Assembly: GCA_036012755.1 (NCBI GenBank)
Contig: DASCPX010000009.1
Location: 64,001 to 128,000 of the forward strand
DNA length: 64,000 bases
Source of the DNA: Myxococcota bacterium
GTDB lineage: Bacteria > Myxococcota_A > UBA796 > CAJQPC01
Direction: 5' to 3'
Shown: in pieces, positions 1 to 10,030 of the stretch
Numbering within the stretch: the stretch's first letter is position 1
Layout: each line of letters starts with the position of its first letter
Position numbers and translations under genes: made by a program
The notes under the pieces: generated by a model
Databases searched by the model: none
The model's input: the letters and a program-made list of their open reading frames with translations, nothing else
What the model was told of the DNA's origin: nothing

Positions 1-58
1 ATGAGATGAGATATAAGGGAGTCCTTCCAACTCTCCTCCTCAGCTCCCCTCAGCCCGC

Positions 59-2386
59 ATGAATCCACAGGTCACACCTGTTCCGCTGCACAAGGCAGCT
101 CAGCGTCGCTATCTCAGCTACGCGCTCTCGGTCATCACCTCCCGCGCGCTGCCGGATGTGCGCGACGGCTTGAAGCCAGTCCAGCGCCGCATCCTCTACG
201 CCATGCTCCACAGCCTGCACCTGCGGCCAGAGGGGCGCTACCGCAAGTCGGCGGCCGTCGTCGGCGACGTCATGGCGAAGTACCACCCCCACGGGGACCA
301 GTCGATCTACGACGCGATGGTCCGCATGGCTCAGCCCTTCTCGCTGCTCCACCCGCTCGTGGACGGCCAGGGCAACTTCGGCAGCCTCGACGGGGACAAC
401 GCCGCAGCCATGCGGTACACCGAGTGCAAGCTCCAGCCCATCGCGATGGAGCTCCTCGACGAGCTCGGCAAGCAGACCGTCGAGTACCGCCCGAACTACG
501 ACGGTCAACTCTTCGAGCCCGTCGTGCTACCAGCCCGCTTCCCGCAGCTGCTGGTCAACGGGGTCGAAGGCATCGCGGTCGGCATGGCGACCAAGATCCC
601 GCCGCACAACCTGCGAGAGGTCATCGGCGCCGCCGTGCGCCTGATCGACGACCCGACGCTCTCCGTCCCACAGCTCTGTCGCACGCTGAAGGGCCCGGAC
701 TTCCCGACAGGCGGACGCATCCTGACCTCTCGCGAAGAGCTCCGCGCCATCTACGAGACCGGCTCCGGCAAGGTCACGATGAGGGGGGAGTACACGACCG
801 AGAAGGTCGGACGGAAGAACTACGTCATCGTCACGTCGATCCCCTACGCCCAGAACAAGGCGACCCTCATAGAGCGCATCGGCATGCTCGTCGCCCAGCG
901 CAAGGTGCCTCAGCTCCTGGACGTCCGCGACGAGTCCACAGAGGACGTGCGCATCGTGCTCGAGCTGCGGCGAGCGTCGGATGTCGGCCCCGCGATGGCC
1001 TACCTCTTCAAGCACACGCCGCTGCAGCAGAACTTCCACGTCAACCTCACGGTGCTCGTCCCCACGGACAACCCGGACGTGGCGGCGCCGGCCCGCCTCG
1101 ATCTGCGCTCGGTGCTCTGGTACTGGCTCAACTTCCGCCAGGAGACGGTCCGACGACGCTTCGACTACGACCTCCGCAAGCTCCAGGAGCGCATCCACGT
1201 CCTGGAGGCCTTCGAGACCATCTTCGACTGCCTGGACGAGGCGATCGTCATCATCCGCGGCAGCGCGGGCAAGCGGGACGCGGCGGAGAAGCTGATGGGG
1301 CGCTTCGATCTCGACGACGTGCAGGCCGAGGCGATCCTGCAGCTGCGGCTCTACAAGCTGGCCCGTCTCGAGATCCTGCTCATCCGCGAGGAGCTGGAAG
1401 AGAAGCGCAAGGAGGCAGCGCGCATCTCGGCGATCCTCGAGTCCGAGGACGAGCTCTGGCGGGTCGTGAAGGAGGAACTCCAAGAGGTCGCGAAGGCCTA
1501 CGGCCGGCGGCGCCGCACGACCATCGGCGAGCTGGAGACGCTGGAGACCTACGACGAGGACGCCTACATCGTCGCAGAGGACGCGGTCGTCATCGTCACG
1601 CGCGAGGGCTGGTTCAAGCGCCAGGGCCGCGTCACCGGCCTCGACCGGGTCCGCACAAAAGACGGCGACAGCATCGGCTGGGCGCTCAAGGCGAGCACGC
1701 GCTCCACGGTCAGCTTCCTCACCGACCGGGGGATCGCCTACACGATGCGCGTCGACGACGTGCCCGCCACCACCGGCTACGGCGAGCCGGTCCAGGCCCA
1801 CTTCAAGTTCGCTCCGGGCGAGCGCCTCGTCGGCGTGGTCGGCTTCGATGCACGGATCCGCCCCAAGGCTCCGACCGGCACGATCGAGCTCTTCGACGAC
1901 GAGGTCCCACCGCCCCACATCGTCGCCGTGAGCCGCCAGGGCCGGGGTGTCCGCGTAGCCCTGTCCACCTTCGAGGAGCCCTCGAAGAAGGGAGGCCGCA
2001 AGTTCATGAAGGTCGGCAAGACCAACGACAGCGTCGTCGCCGCCTGGGCCTCTGACGGCTCCGAGCACGTCAGCATCGCCACGACGAAGGGGCGGATGCT
2101 GGTCTACCCGGCGGCCGAGGTCAACACCGTGAGGGCCGCCGGCAAGGGGGTCCTGGCCATCAAGCTGAACACCGGCGACAGCGTGCTCGCCTTCGAGCTC
2201 ACGACCGAGCGCTTCGGCGGAGCGACCGTGCGGACGACCCAGGGACGCGAGGAGACCGCGCGCCCCTCCAAGCACCTCGGCAAGCGCGCCGATCGCGGGA
2301 GCGTCGTGCTCAGGCGTGGTGGCTTCAGCGAGTGGCTCCAGGAGCCCCAGGTCCTCCTTGGTCCCGCCGAGGAAGGCTCGAAGTGA
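59..2386 (+). CDS. parC: Type IIA DNA topoisomerase subunit A (ParC/GyrA family; probably Topo IV-like)
   Basis: [21 protein letters not shown], catalytic AAMRYTE tyrosine, GPDFPTGG, C-terminal pinwheel repeats. No canonical QxRGGxG GyrA-box, so parC rather than gyrA is an inference. Confidence 0.9.
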   Translation: MNPQVTPVPLHKAAQRRYLSYALSVITSRALPDVRDGLKPVQRRILYAMLHSLHLRPEGRYRKSAAVVGDVMAKYHPHGDQSIYDAMVRMAQPFSLLHPLVDGQGNFGSLDGDNAAAMRYTECKLQPIAMELLDELGKQTVEYRPNYDGQLFEPVVLPARFPQLLVNGVEGIAVGMATKIPPHNLREVIGAAVRLIDDPTLSVPQLCRTLKGPDFPTGGRILTSREELRAIYETGSGKVTMRGEYTTEKVGRKNYVIVTSIPYAQNKATLIERIGMLVAQRKVPQLLDVRDESTEDVRIVLELRRASDVGPAMAYLFKHTPLQQNFHVNLTVLVPTDNPDVAAPARLDLRSVLWYWLNFRQETVRRRFDYDLRKLQERIHVLEAFETIFDCLDEAIVIIRGSAGKRDAAEKLMGRFDLDDVQAEAILQLRLYKLARLEILLIREELEEKRKEAARISAILESEDELWRVVKEELQEVAKAYGRRRRTTIGELETLETYDEDAYIVAEDAVVIVTREGWFKRQGRVTGLDRVRTKDGDSIGWALKASTRSTVSFLTDRGIAYTMRVDDVPATTGYGEPVQAHFKFAPGERLVGVVGFDARIRPKAPTGTIELFDDEVPPPHIVAVSRQGRGVRVALSTFEEPSKKGGRKFMKVGKTNDSVVAAWASDGSEHVSIATTKGRMLVYPAAEVNTVRAAGKGVLAIKLNTGDSVLAFELTTERFGGATVRTTQGREETARPSKHLGKRADRGSVVLRRGGFSEWLQEPQVLLGPAEEGSK

Positions 2387-4296
2387 CCGGGCGCTACGAC
2401 GAGAAGAGCTTCCAGTTCCTGGAGGGGCTCGAGGCCGTCCGCACCCGACCCGGGATGTACATCGGCGGGACAGGCAAGGAGGGCCTCCACCACCTCATCT
2501 GGGAGATCGTCGACAACGCGGTCGACGAGGCCATCAACGGCTTCGCCAGCTTCATCAAGGTGGTGCTGCACGAGGACGGCAAGACCATCACCGTGGACGA
2601 CAACGGCCGCGGGATCCCCGTCGGACTCAACAAGAAGTACCGCCGCAGCACGCTGGAGCTGGTCTTCACGAAGCTCCACGGCGGCGCGAAGTTCGGCGAC
2701 GACAGCTACCTCACCAGCGGCGGCCTGCACGGGGTCGGCTCGAGCGTCGTCAACGCCCTGTCCTCCTCCCTGGAGGCCCGCGTACGGCGAGAGGGCCGCG
2801 AGTACGAGATCGCCTTCCGGCGCGGTCGGCCGCGTCACGCGGTGACCGACACGGGGCCCGCCCGCGGAACGGGCACGCGCATCACCTTCTCCCCCGACGA
2901 GGACATCTTCGGCCCCTTCGACTTCGACCCCGACCTCATCCGGGAGCGCCTGGAAGTGAAGGCCTACCTCAACCGGGGCCTGCGCCTCTTGTTCCGGGAC
3001 GAGGCCTCCTCGCGAACCCAGGAGTTCAAGCACGACGGCGGGCTGTCGGACTACCTCGAGCACCTCGTCAAGAAGGGCGACAAGGTCCCGACCCAGCCGA
3101 TGCCCTTCCTCTTCGACCGCCGGGACGCGCTCCCTCGGGTCGAGGTCGCGCTGAGTTGGACGGACTCGCCGCGAGAGCAGCTCTTGTCCTTCGTCAACGG
3201 CATCCCCACCAGAGACGGGGGAAACCACGAGCTGGCGCTGAAGGGCTCCATCGTCAGCGCACTCCGAGCCTTCATCGAGGCCCACTCCTTGGAGGTCCGA
3301 GGGGTCAAGCTCTCCGCGGATGACATCCGCGAGGGCGTCGTCGGCCTGGTGAGCATCTTCATCAGCGATCCCCAGTTCCAGGGGCAGACGAAGGAGAAGC
3401 TGAACAACCCCGAGTTGAAGGGCCCCCTCGAGGCGCTGTTGTCGCCGGCGCTGGAGCAGTGGCTGCACGACCACCGCGAGTGGGGCGAGGCCATCGTCAT
3501 GCGCGCTGTCCAGGCGGCGCGAGCACGCATGGCGTCGAGAGCGGCCGCGAAGCAGGTGCGGCGCAAGTCGGCCACCTCTCACCGGCTGAACCTCCCTGGC
3601 AAGCTCGCGGACTGCTCCTCCACGGACCCTGGCAACAGCGAGATCTTCATCGTCGAGGGCGACAGCGCCGGCGGCTCGGCCAAGCAGGGTCGGGATCGGC
3701 AGACCCAGGCGGTCCTTCCCCTACGTGGAAAGGTCCTCAACACAGAGAACGCCTCGCTCGCCACGGTCGTGAAGAACAACGAGCTCGGAGACATCGTCAA
3801 GGCGCTGGGCTGCGGAATCGGCGCCGACTTCGATCTGTCTCGGCTGCGCTACGACCGGATCATCCTGCTCATGGACGCGGACGTCGACGGGCACCACATC
3901 GCCACGCTCTTGTTGACCTTTTTCTACCGCCACCTCCCGCAGCTCATCGACGCAGGCCACGTCTACCTCGCCCAGCCGCCGCTCTACCGAATCGACGCCG
4001 GCAAGGACACCTGGTGGGCCGCGGACGACAGCGAAAAGGACCGCATCCTGGGCAAGCTGCCGGCGCGCTACAAGCCGGAGATCAGCCGCTTCAAGGGCCT
4101 GGGCGAGATGATGCCGAAGACCCTGTTCTCGACAACCCTGGACCCGCGCCGGCGACGCCTGTTGCGTGTCGTGGTCCCGGCGACCAGCCGGGTGATGACG
4201 GACAACGTCATGTCAGAGCTCATGGGCCGTGACCCTTCTGCCCGCTTCCGCTTCATCATGGACCGGGCAGGGGACGTGGAGGCTCTCGACGTGTGA
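2383..4296 (+). CDS. parE: Type IIA DNA topoisomerase subunit B (ParE/GyrB family)
   Basis: [68 protein letters not shown] start at 2383 overlaps the upstream TGA (GTGA). Confidence 0.9.
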   Translation: MTGRYDEKSFQFLEGLEAVRTRPGMYIGGTGKEGLHHLIWEIVDNAVDEAINGFASFIKVVLHEDGKTITVDDNGRGIPVGLNKKYRRSTLELVFTKLHGGAKFGDDSYLTSGGLHGVGSSVVNALSSSLEARVRREGREYEIAFRRGRPRHAVTDTGPARGTGTRITFSPDEDIFGPFDFDPDLIRERLEVKAYLNRGLRLLFRDEASSRTQEFKHDGGLSDYLEHLVKKGDKVPTQPMPFLFDRRDALPRVEVALSWTDSPREQLLSFVNGIPTRDGGNHELALKGSIVSALRAFIEAHSLEVRGVKLSADDIREGVVGLVSIFISDPQFQGQTKEKLNNPELKGPLEALLSPALEQWLHDHREWGEAIVMRAVQAARARMASRAAAKQVRRKSATSHRLNLPGKLADCSSTDPGNSEIFIVEGDSAGGSAKQGRDRQTQAVLPLRGKVLNTENASLATVVKNNELGDIVKALGCGIGADFDLSRLRYDRIILLMDADVDGHHIATLLLTFFYRHLPQLIDAGHVYLAQPPLYRIDAGKDTWWAADDSEKDRILGKLPARYKPEISRFKGLGEMMPKTLFSTTLDPRRRRLLRVVVPATSRVMTDNVMSELMGRDPSARFRFIMDRAGDVEALDV

Positions 4297-6029
4297 GGTG
4301 GCTCGGAGCACTCGGCGGCTACCTACTGGTGGTCGTGTTGCTCACCTGGCCGCTGCCCATGGGCGGGAGTGTGCTCGGCTACCCCAACGTCGATCTGCTC
4401 GACACCATCACGCTGCGCGGCCTCTTCGCAGGGGGCGCGGCCTACTTCCCGGTCGGCTACCCGCTCCACCTGCTGTTGCCGAACGTGCTCGACCACGCGC
4501 TGGGCTGGCCGCTGGCGAAGCTCCTCCCCTTCCCGCTCTCCGACAACCTCTGGTGGCTGCTGGTGCTGGTCGGAAACGGCCTGGCGGGACACTGGATGGG
4601 CTGGCGGCTCAGCGGAGATCACCTCGTCGCAGCCTTCGCCGGTTGCGCCTGGCTGTGCTCCGACTGGCTCCTGCGCGAGGCCAACCTCCACCACGCCCCC
4701 CAGGCGCTTGCGCTGTTCGCGCCGCTGTGCCTGGCGCATGCCATACCGGCCCTCCGCGGTGGGAGCCGAACAGACGCACTCCTGGGCGGACTCTTCCTGG
4801 GGCTCGCGTCGGTCGCCTATTGGTACTTCGGTCTGTTCCTGGGCGTTGCGCTGCTCACCCAGCTGCGGCGGAGCACCTGGCGTCGGGCCCTCGAAGGGGC
4901 AGGCGTCGCCTTGCTGATCGCCGGTCCGTTGCTCGCGTGGACCCTGGCGCACGCCGCGCAGATGCCGCTGGCAGATCCGGCCGTGACGCCCGCGCCGCTG
5001 CAGGTCCCCGGAGACGTCTCGGCGCTGCCGGAGTCCATGCGCTTCGTGGCCCAGCACGGAACCGACCCCGCCCTGCCCTTTCGCGGGGAGCCGCTGGACC
5101 GCAGCAACCGGGTGCCGCTCGTGCTGCTCGGACTGGCCGCAGCAGGCCTGGTGCTGCGCCGCGAGTGGCGCCTGCTCGCCATGGCGCTCACCGGCCTGGT
5201 CTTCTCCCTCGGCCCCTTCCTGAAGCTCGGCGAGGACCTCGTGCTCGTCGGCGAGGACCCGCTGTCCCTGCCCTTCCGCTGGCTCGGCTCACTCCATCCC
5301 TTCCTCGAGCGTCTCCACTGGCCCGAGCGCTGGGGTCTGCTGATCCCGCTCGGGCTGATCCCCCTCGCGCTGAGGGTGCCCCGGGTGCAGCTCCTCACGC
5401 CGCTGCTGGTCGCAGAGGTCCTCCTGCTCAGCGGCAACGCGCCCCTGCAGACCTGGGACGTGTCCGACCTCGAAGGCTGGCGGGCGGTCGAGGCCGCGGA
5501 CGGGGCGGTGCTGGAGCTCCCCCTGAGCCGAGGTGGACTGGCAGCCCCGCTGGTGGGGCTTCACGCCCGCTACCACCGCCGGGCGATCGTGAACCCGCTG
5601 TTGCTGCCACCAGGGGAAGCGCCGCCAGAGGCCTGGCAGGACTGGGTGCACTCCCAGCCGCTGGTAGAGGCGATCCTGGAGCTCGAGAACGGCGGGAACC
5701 CCGGGGACCCCGGGCCCGACGCCGTGCGGTCGCTGGCGGAGGAGGGGGTCGGTGCGATCGCGCTGGACGCTCTCCCCGGCTCGGTGATGAAGGGCTCACA
5801 GGTCATTCGGAGCCGGCAGCAGCTCTCGAAGCTCCTGGGCGACCCAGAGGACCACGGCTGCGTGCTCGTGTGGTGGGTCAAGCCGCCACGCTGGCAGACC
5901 GAGCCGGTAGACAACGGCCACGCGTGGCGTGAGGGGGTGGAAGAGCGCTACGAGGAGACCGCGCGGCCAGAGCTGAACACGCTCATCGAGCCTGTGTGGA
6001 ACTCCCGGTTGGGCAAGGAGGACAAGTGA
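4293..6029 (+). CDS. Polytopic membrane protein, possibly GT-C/YfhO-like glycosyltransferase
   Basis: 578 aa with many hydrophobic segments and a soluble C-terminal part (GAVLELPL, RAIVNP); GTGA overlaps at both ends. Function is inferred. Confidence 0.6.
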   Translation: MRWLGALGGYLLVVVLLTWPLPMGGSVLGYPNVDLLDTITLRGLFAGGAAYFPVGYPLHLLLPNVLDHALGWPLAKLLPFPLSDNLWWLLVLVGNGLAGHWMGWRLSGDHLVAAFAGCAWLCSDWLLREANLHHAPQALALFAPLCLAHAIPALRGGSRTDALLGGLFLGLASVAYWYFGLFLGVALLTQLRRSTWRRALEGAGVALLIAGPLLAWTLAHAAQMPLADPAVTPAPLQVPGDVSALPESMRFVAQHGTDPALPFRGEPLDRSNRVPLVLLGLAAAGLVLRREWRLLAMALTGLVFSLGPFLKLGEDLVLVGEDPLSLPFRWLGSLHPFLERLHWPERWGLLIPLGLIPLALRVPRVQLLTPLLVAEVLLLSGNAPLQTWDVSDLEGWRAVEAADGAVLELPLSRGGLAAPLVGLHARYHRRAIVNPLLLPPGEAPPEAWQDWVHSQPLVEAILELENGGNPGDPGPDAVRSLAEEGVGAIALDALPGSVMKGSQVIRSRQQLSKLLGDPEDHGCVLVWWVKPPRWQTEPVDNGHAWREGVEERYEETARPELNTLIEPVWNSRLGKEDK

Positions 6030-6856
6030 GCAGCCTGTTTCGCGACGACCTGTTGAAGGGCAAGGTGGCGCTGGTCACCGGAGGGGGCACCGGCATCGGC
6101 GCGGCCATCGCTCGGGAGCTCGCGAGCATCGGCGCCACCGTCGTCATCGCCTCCAGGAAGGAACAGAGCGTGCGCCCCGCCGCCGAGCACATGGGTGTCC
6201 ACTGGAAGGTCTGCGACATCCGGGACCGCGAGCGCGTGACGGAGGTCTGCGCTGGGATCGTGGACGATCACGGCAGCTTCGACATCCTCGTGAACAACGG
6301 TGGCGGCCAGTTCTTCAGCCCGGCGGAGATGATCAGGCCCAAGGGCTTCGACGCCGTCGTGGGTACGAACCTGACAGGCACCTGGAACATGATCCGCGGC
6401 GCAGCCGATGCGTGGATGCTGAAGCACGGCGGCCGCATCATCAACATCACGATGTTGTCCCAGCGCGGCTTCACGGGCATGGCCCACTCCGTCGCCGCCC
6501 GCGGAGGCGTCGAGGCGATGACGAAGACCCTGGCTGTCGAGTGGGCCAACCGCGACGTGCTCGTGAACTGCATCGCCCCCGGGTACATCGGCTCCAGCGG
6601 CTTGAAGCGCTACCCGGTCGAGCTGGGCATCCTCCAGATGATCAAGACGGTCGTGCCCCTGAAGCGCCTCGGCACACGCAACGAGATCGCCTGGATGGCC
6701 GCCTACCTCGCCTCGCCAGCCGGCGCCTACATCACGGGCCAGACCGTCACGATCGACGGCGGCAAGGAGCTCTGGGGTGACCTTTGGCCGATCTCGGATC
6801 CTCCGGGCATGGGTCCGGCCGTGCCGGAGCTCGACCCCTGGGAAGAGGGGGGTTGA
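6026..6856 (+). CDS. SDR oxidoreductase (trans-2-enoyl-CoA / 2,4-dienoyl-CoA reductase-like)
   Basis: VTGGGTGIG, LVNNGGGQF, HSVAARGG, VNCIAPG, IDGG; AAGGAGG RBS and GTG at 6026. Confidence 0.88.
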   Translation: MSSLFRDDLLKGKVALVTGGGTGIGAAIARELASIGATVVIASRKEQSVRPAAEHMGVHWKVCDIRDRERVTEVCAGIVDDHGSFDILVNNGGGQFFSPAEMIRPKGFDAVVGTNLTGTWNMIRGAADAWMLKHGGRIINITMLSQRGFTGMAHSVAARGGVEAMTKTLAVEWANRDVLVNCIAPGYIGSSGLKRYPVELGILQMIKTVVPLKRLGTRNEIAWMAAYLASPAGAYITGQTVTIDGGKELWGDLWPISDPPGMGPAVPELDPWEEGG

Positions 6857-6866
6857 CCCCGGCGCG

Positions 6867-8390
6867 TCATGCGACCCGCTCCGTGACCAGCACCTGCCGG
6901 AGCACCTCGTCGACGTCCAGGGTAGAGAACGGCGGCCGCAGCCACAGGCCGTGTGCGGGCGGGGGCTGCTTCGCTCCGAGCAGCAGGACCACCCGCCCCG
7001 CGATGCCAGGGTTCCTCGTCCCGAGGAGATCCCGCACGTCGCGACCACCCAGGCCCGGCAGGTAGCGGGCGCAGAGCACCGCGTCTGGTTTCTCCGACTC
7101 GACCGCGGAGAGCGCCTGGCCCAGCGTCGTGCAGAACTGCACGTGGTGGCCTCCGTCGCGCAGCATCCCCGCAAGCGAGCTGGTGTCGCCTCCGCGGGGA
7201 TCGACGACAAGCACCTTGGCGCGGACCGGCTCCACTCCCTCGGCGGCGCCCGCCGGGAGCTCGATTCGATAGGTAGCGCCCCGGTTCGTGTCCTCGACGA
7301 CGGAGAGACGGCCGCCGTGCGAGCGCACGATGCCCGCGGCGACGCTCATGCCGAAGGCTGTGCCGCGTCCCGGCGCGGAGAGACCCCGGAGCCGGTCACG
7401 CAGGCCCGGCGGAACGCCGGTGCCCTGGTCTCGGACGTCGATGCGCACATAGCGACGGTCGAGCCGAGCCGTGATCCGGATCTGCCCCCGCCTGCCCATC
7501 GCGTCCGCTGCGTTGAGCATCAGCGCCGCGAGGACCTGCTCGATCTGGACCCGGTCGCAGGGCAGCGTCAGCTCCGGCGGGTCGACGTCGAGGACCACCT
7601 CGATCTCCTCGACGCGACGCCCGCTTGCCTCCCGAGCACCCATCAGCAGCTCGGCGACGGCGACCTCTGTGCGCTCGGCGACCTCTGGGCGCGCGAAGAC
7701 CTGGAGGTTGGCCACGATCAACGCGATGCGCCGAGCGTGATCCTCGATGAGGTCGTAGTGCCTGGCCGCGATGCCCGGCTCGACGTCGTCTCCGAGGGCA
7801 TCGAGGAGCTCGAGTCGCCCGAGGATGATCGACAGCGGCTCGTTGATCTCGTGGGACACGGCCGAGGCGAGCTCACCGATGAGCGCCAGCCGACGCGCCA
7901 CCTGCAGCTCCTCCTCCAGCATCTGGTAGACGCTCAGGTCGTGGAGCACGACGAGGTGGAGCTCCTCGGAGATCGAGCCGCAGCTCAGGTGGACCGGACG
8001 CCCGTCAGCGAGGTGCAGGTCGGCGACGCCGCCCTCGAGCACCCTCTCCAGCAGGCTGGGATCGCGGACGTGCTCGGCGAGCCGGCCCTTCAACCCGGCC
8101 GCCCGCGCCGCAGCGTTGCGCTCGCAGATGACGCCCTTGGCGTCCAGCGTCACCAGCATGTCGGGACACTCGTTCCACAGGGCTCGGAAGTGGGCCTCAG
8201 AGAGCTCCAGCGCTCGGTTGCGGAGCAGGACCGCCTCCTCGAGCGAGGTCATCGAGCGGCGCACCGCGACCTGGTCCAGCTCCTGCCCCCGCGCCTCTCG
8301 CTCGGCCCTTCGCACCAGCGCGTCGATCGTGCGCCGTGCAGCAGCGAGCTCCGCCTCGAGCTCCTCGATCCTGGCTTCACGCGGATCCAA
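6867..8390 (-). CDS. Cytoplasmic hybrid histidine kinase (coiled coil, PAS-like, HisKA, HATPase, receiver-like)
   Basis: H-box SHEINEPL, N-box LMLNAADA, DQGTG, C-terminal KVLVVD receiver fold. Confidence 0.85.
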   Translation of the reverse strand: MDPREARIEELEAELAAARRTIDALVRRAEREARGQELDQVAVRRSMTSLEEAVLLRNRALELSEAHFRALWNECPDMLVTLDAKGVICERNAAARAAGLKGRLAEHVRDPSLLERVLEGGVADLHLADGRPVHLSCGSISEELHLVVLHDLSVYQMLEEELQVARRLALIGELASAVSHEINEPLSIILGRLELLDALGDDVEPGIAARHYDLIEDHARRIALIVANLQVFARPEVAERTEVAVAELLMGAREASGRRVEEIEVVLDVDPPELTLPCDRVQIEQVLAALMLNAADAMGRRGQIRITARLDRRYVRIDVRDQGTGVPPGLRDRLRGLSAPGRGTAFGMSVAAGIVRSHGGRLSVVEDTNRGATYRIELPAGAAEGVEPVRAKVLVVDPRGGDTSSLAGMLRDGGHHVQFCTTLGQALSAVESEKPDAVLCARYLPGLGGRDVRDLLGTRNPGIAGRVVLLLGAKQPPPAHGLWLRPPFSTLDVDEVLRQVLVTERVA

Positions 8391-9513
8391 ACACGACCCC
8401 GGCCAGCGTGTGGTTCACGAGCAGCGGACCGAACTGCTCGCCGTAGGTGGAGAAGCCGGCGGCGGGCAAGAACAGCATGGCGTCGGCCAGCTCCGCCTCC
8501 AGGCCACGGGCTCTGGCCGCCAGGAGCCGCCCGCCGCAGTTGAACAACAGCGCGCCCGCGGGCTCGTCGAGCTCCGCGAGCTCACGGCTCATGCGGGCCC
8601 GGGTGTCCTCGACGAGGTCCTGGCCGTGCATCACCTGGAGGACGTCACCGTCCGCCACGGCGCCCCGCATCACGAGCGATCCATCGGACCCGCAGAAGGG
8701 GGACCGCATGAAGAAGGTGTCCGCGACGCGGATGCCAAAGCAGATGGATCCGGCCGACGGCAGCATCGGTTCGCTGGCGAGCGCGCCGCGGTCGAGCCCG
8801 GCGAGGTCCTCGTAGATGTGCTCGGCAGGCCAGCCGTCGAGCTCGTGCACGACGCGGGCGTCGGGGTCCGCTCGGGTGACGACGACTCGTCTCTGGCCCG
8901 GGCGGAAGTGGTGGACCGCGAAGGGGTGGAAGGCCACGCTCGGCTCGATCAAGGCCACCAGCGTCGCCGATGGCCATGCCCGCCCATCGAGGAAGACCGT
9001 GGTGCCCCCCATGCGCAGATCGTCTCCGGCGCTGCCGCCGACCAGGGAGAGTCCGGGCGCCGAGAGGCTCAAGGCGGCGACGACCCGCTCCTCGGCTCCG
9101 CTGAGACCATCCGTGAGCGTCAGGAGCAGGTGCCGCCCGGCGGAGAGCTCCTCGCGCTGGAGGCCCAGAGCCGCCGACAGCTTCTCCATGAGCGCCTCGC
9201 CCTCCGAGAAGACGAAGCCCGGGGTGTCCTCGACGACCTCGACCGCCAGCCTCGCCTGCGCGCCAAGGGCAAAGGCGCAGAGCCCGCCCGAGGTGAGGCC
9301 CAGCGGGCCGACCTCGCCCATGGTGGTGCAGCCGAGGGTGACGCTCCCGACGAAGGCCTCCGCGACCGCCTCGGCGAGGACAGCGCTGTCGTGCGCGGTC
9401 CCGTGGAAGACGAAGACCGCAGACCAGGAGCCGGGAAGGTCCGCGCGCAGCTGTTCGACTGCGGAGCGCGTGTCCGCCCGAACCGAGGCAGCGACAGCAC
9501 ACACGGAGGACAT
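8377..9513 (-). CDS. FIST signal-transduction domain protein
   Basis: LGCTTMGE, GGSAGDD, ELDGWPA, LFNCGGR, GFSTYGEQ, NHT motifs; GGAGGAGG RBS. Confidence 0.9.
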   Translation of the reverse strand: MSSVCAVAASVRADTRSAVEQLRADLPGSWSAVFVFHGTAHDSAVLAEAVAEAFVGSVTLGCTTMGEVGPLGLTSGGLCAFALGAQARLAVEVVEDTPGFVFSEGEALMEKLSAALGLQREELSAGRHLLLTLTDGLSGAEERVVAALSLSAPGLSLVGGSAGDDLRMGGTTVFLDGRAWPSATLVALIEPSVAFHPFAVHHFRPGQRRVVVTRADPDARVVHELDGWPAEHIYEDLAGLDRGALASEPMLPSAGSICFGIRVADTFFMRSPFCGSDGSLVMRGAVADGDVLQVMHGQDLVEDTRARMSRELAELDEPAGALLFNCGGRLLAARARGLEAELADAMLFLPAAGFSTYGEQFGPLLVNHTLAGVVFGSA

Positions 9514-9544
9514 GGCCAGCCTCCTCCTCCCGGATCCTACGCGA

Positions 9545-10021
9545 TCAGACCTCGACGCAGACGGCGTTGTCGACGATCTCGACCTGGAAAGTGGTGATGC
9601 TCTCGTCCACGGTCAGGCACTGACCCGTGCGAACGTCGAACTGCCAGCCGTGGTACGGGCAGGTCAGGACGTGCCCCTCGAGGCGGCCCTCTCCCAGCGG
9701 CCCCTCCATGTGCGGGCAGGTGTTCGTGCAGGCGTAGTACTCGCCGTCGACGTTGGAGACCGCGATCGCGACTCCGGCGACGATGATCTCGATGACCTGC
9801 CCGGGCTTCAGCGCGTCCTTGTGCAGCACGACCTCGAAGCCGTCTGGCGGGGTCACGTCCTTTGGAGCCTCGACCCCGAGGTTCAGCGCCTTCTCGGCGG
9901 AGTGTATAGGCCGCTCCGGCGCCGACTCCGAGGGGCAGTTGGAGCCTCCGCCCAGCATGGAGCGGACCTTGCTACGAAAGCCGTTCTCACGACCGAAGAC
10001 GATGTCTTTCAACAGGCTCAT
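9545..10021 (-). CDS. Rieske 2Fe-2S ferredoxin with N-terminal extension
   Basis: CPHMEGPL and CPYHGWQFDVRTG ligand motifs. Confidence 0.9.
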   Translation of the reverse strand: MSLLKDIVFGRENGFRSKVRSMLGGGSNCPSESAPERPIHSAEKALNLGVEAPKDVTPPDGFEVVLHKDALKPGQVIEIIVAGVAIAVSNVDGEYYACTNTCPHMEGPLGEGRLEGHVLTCPYHGWQFDVRTGQCLTVDESITTFQVEIVDNAVCVEV

Positions 10022-10030
10022 GACCCCAAC

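Noticed and set aside
1..50. Lower-GC leader (ATGAGATGAGATATAAGGGA) as adapter, IS end or promoter
   Set aside because: Only loose similarity, truncated by the window edge, and no partner inverted repeat was found.
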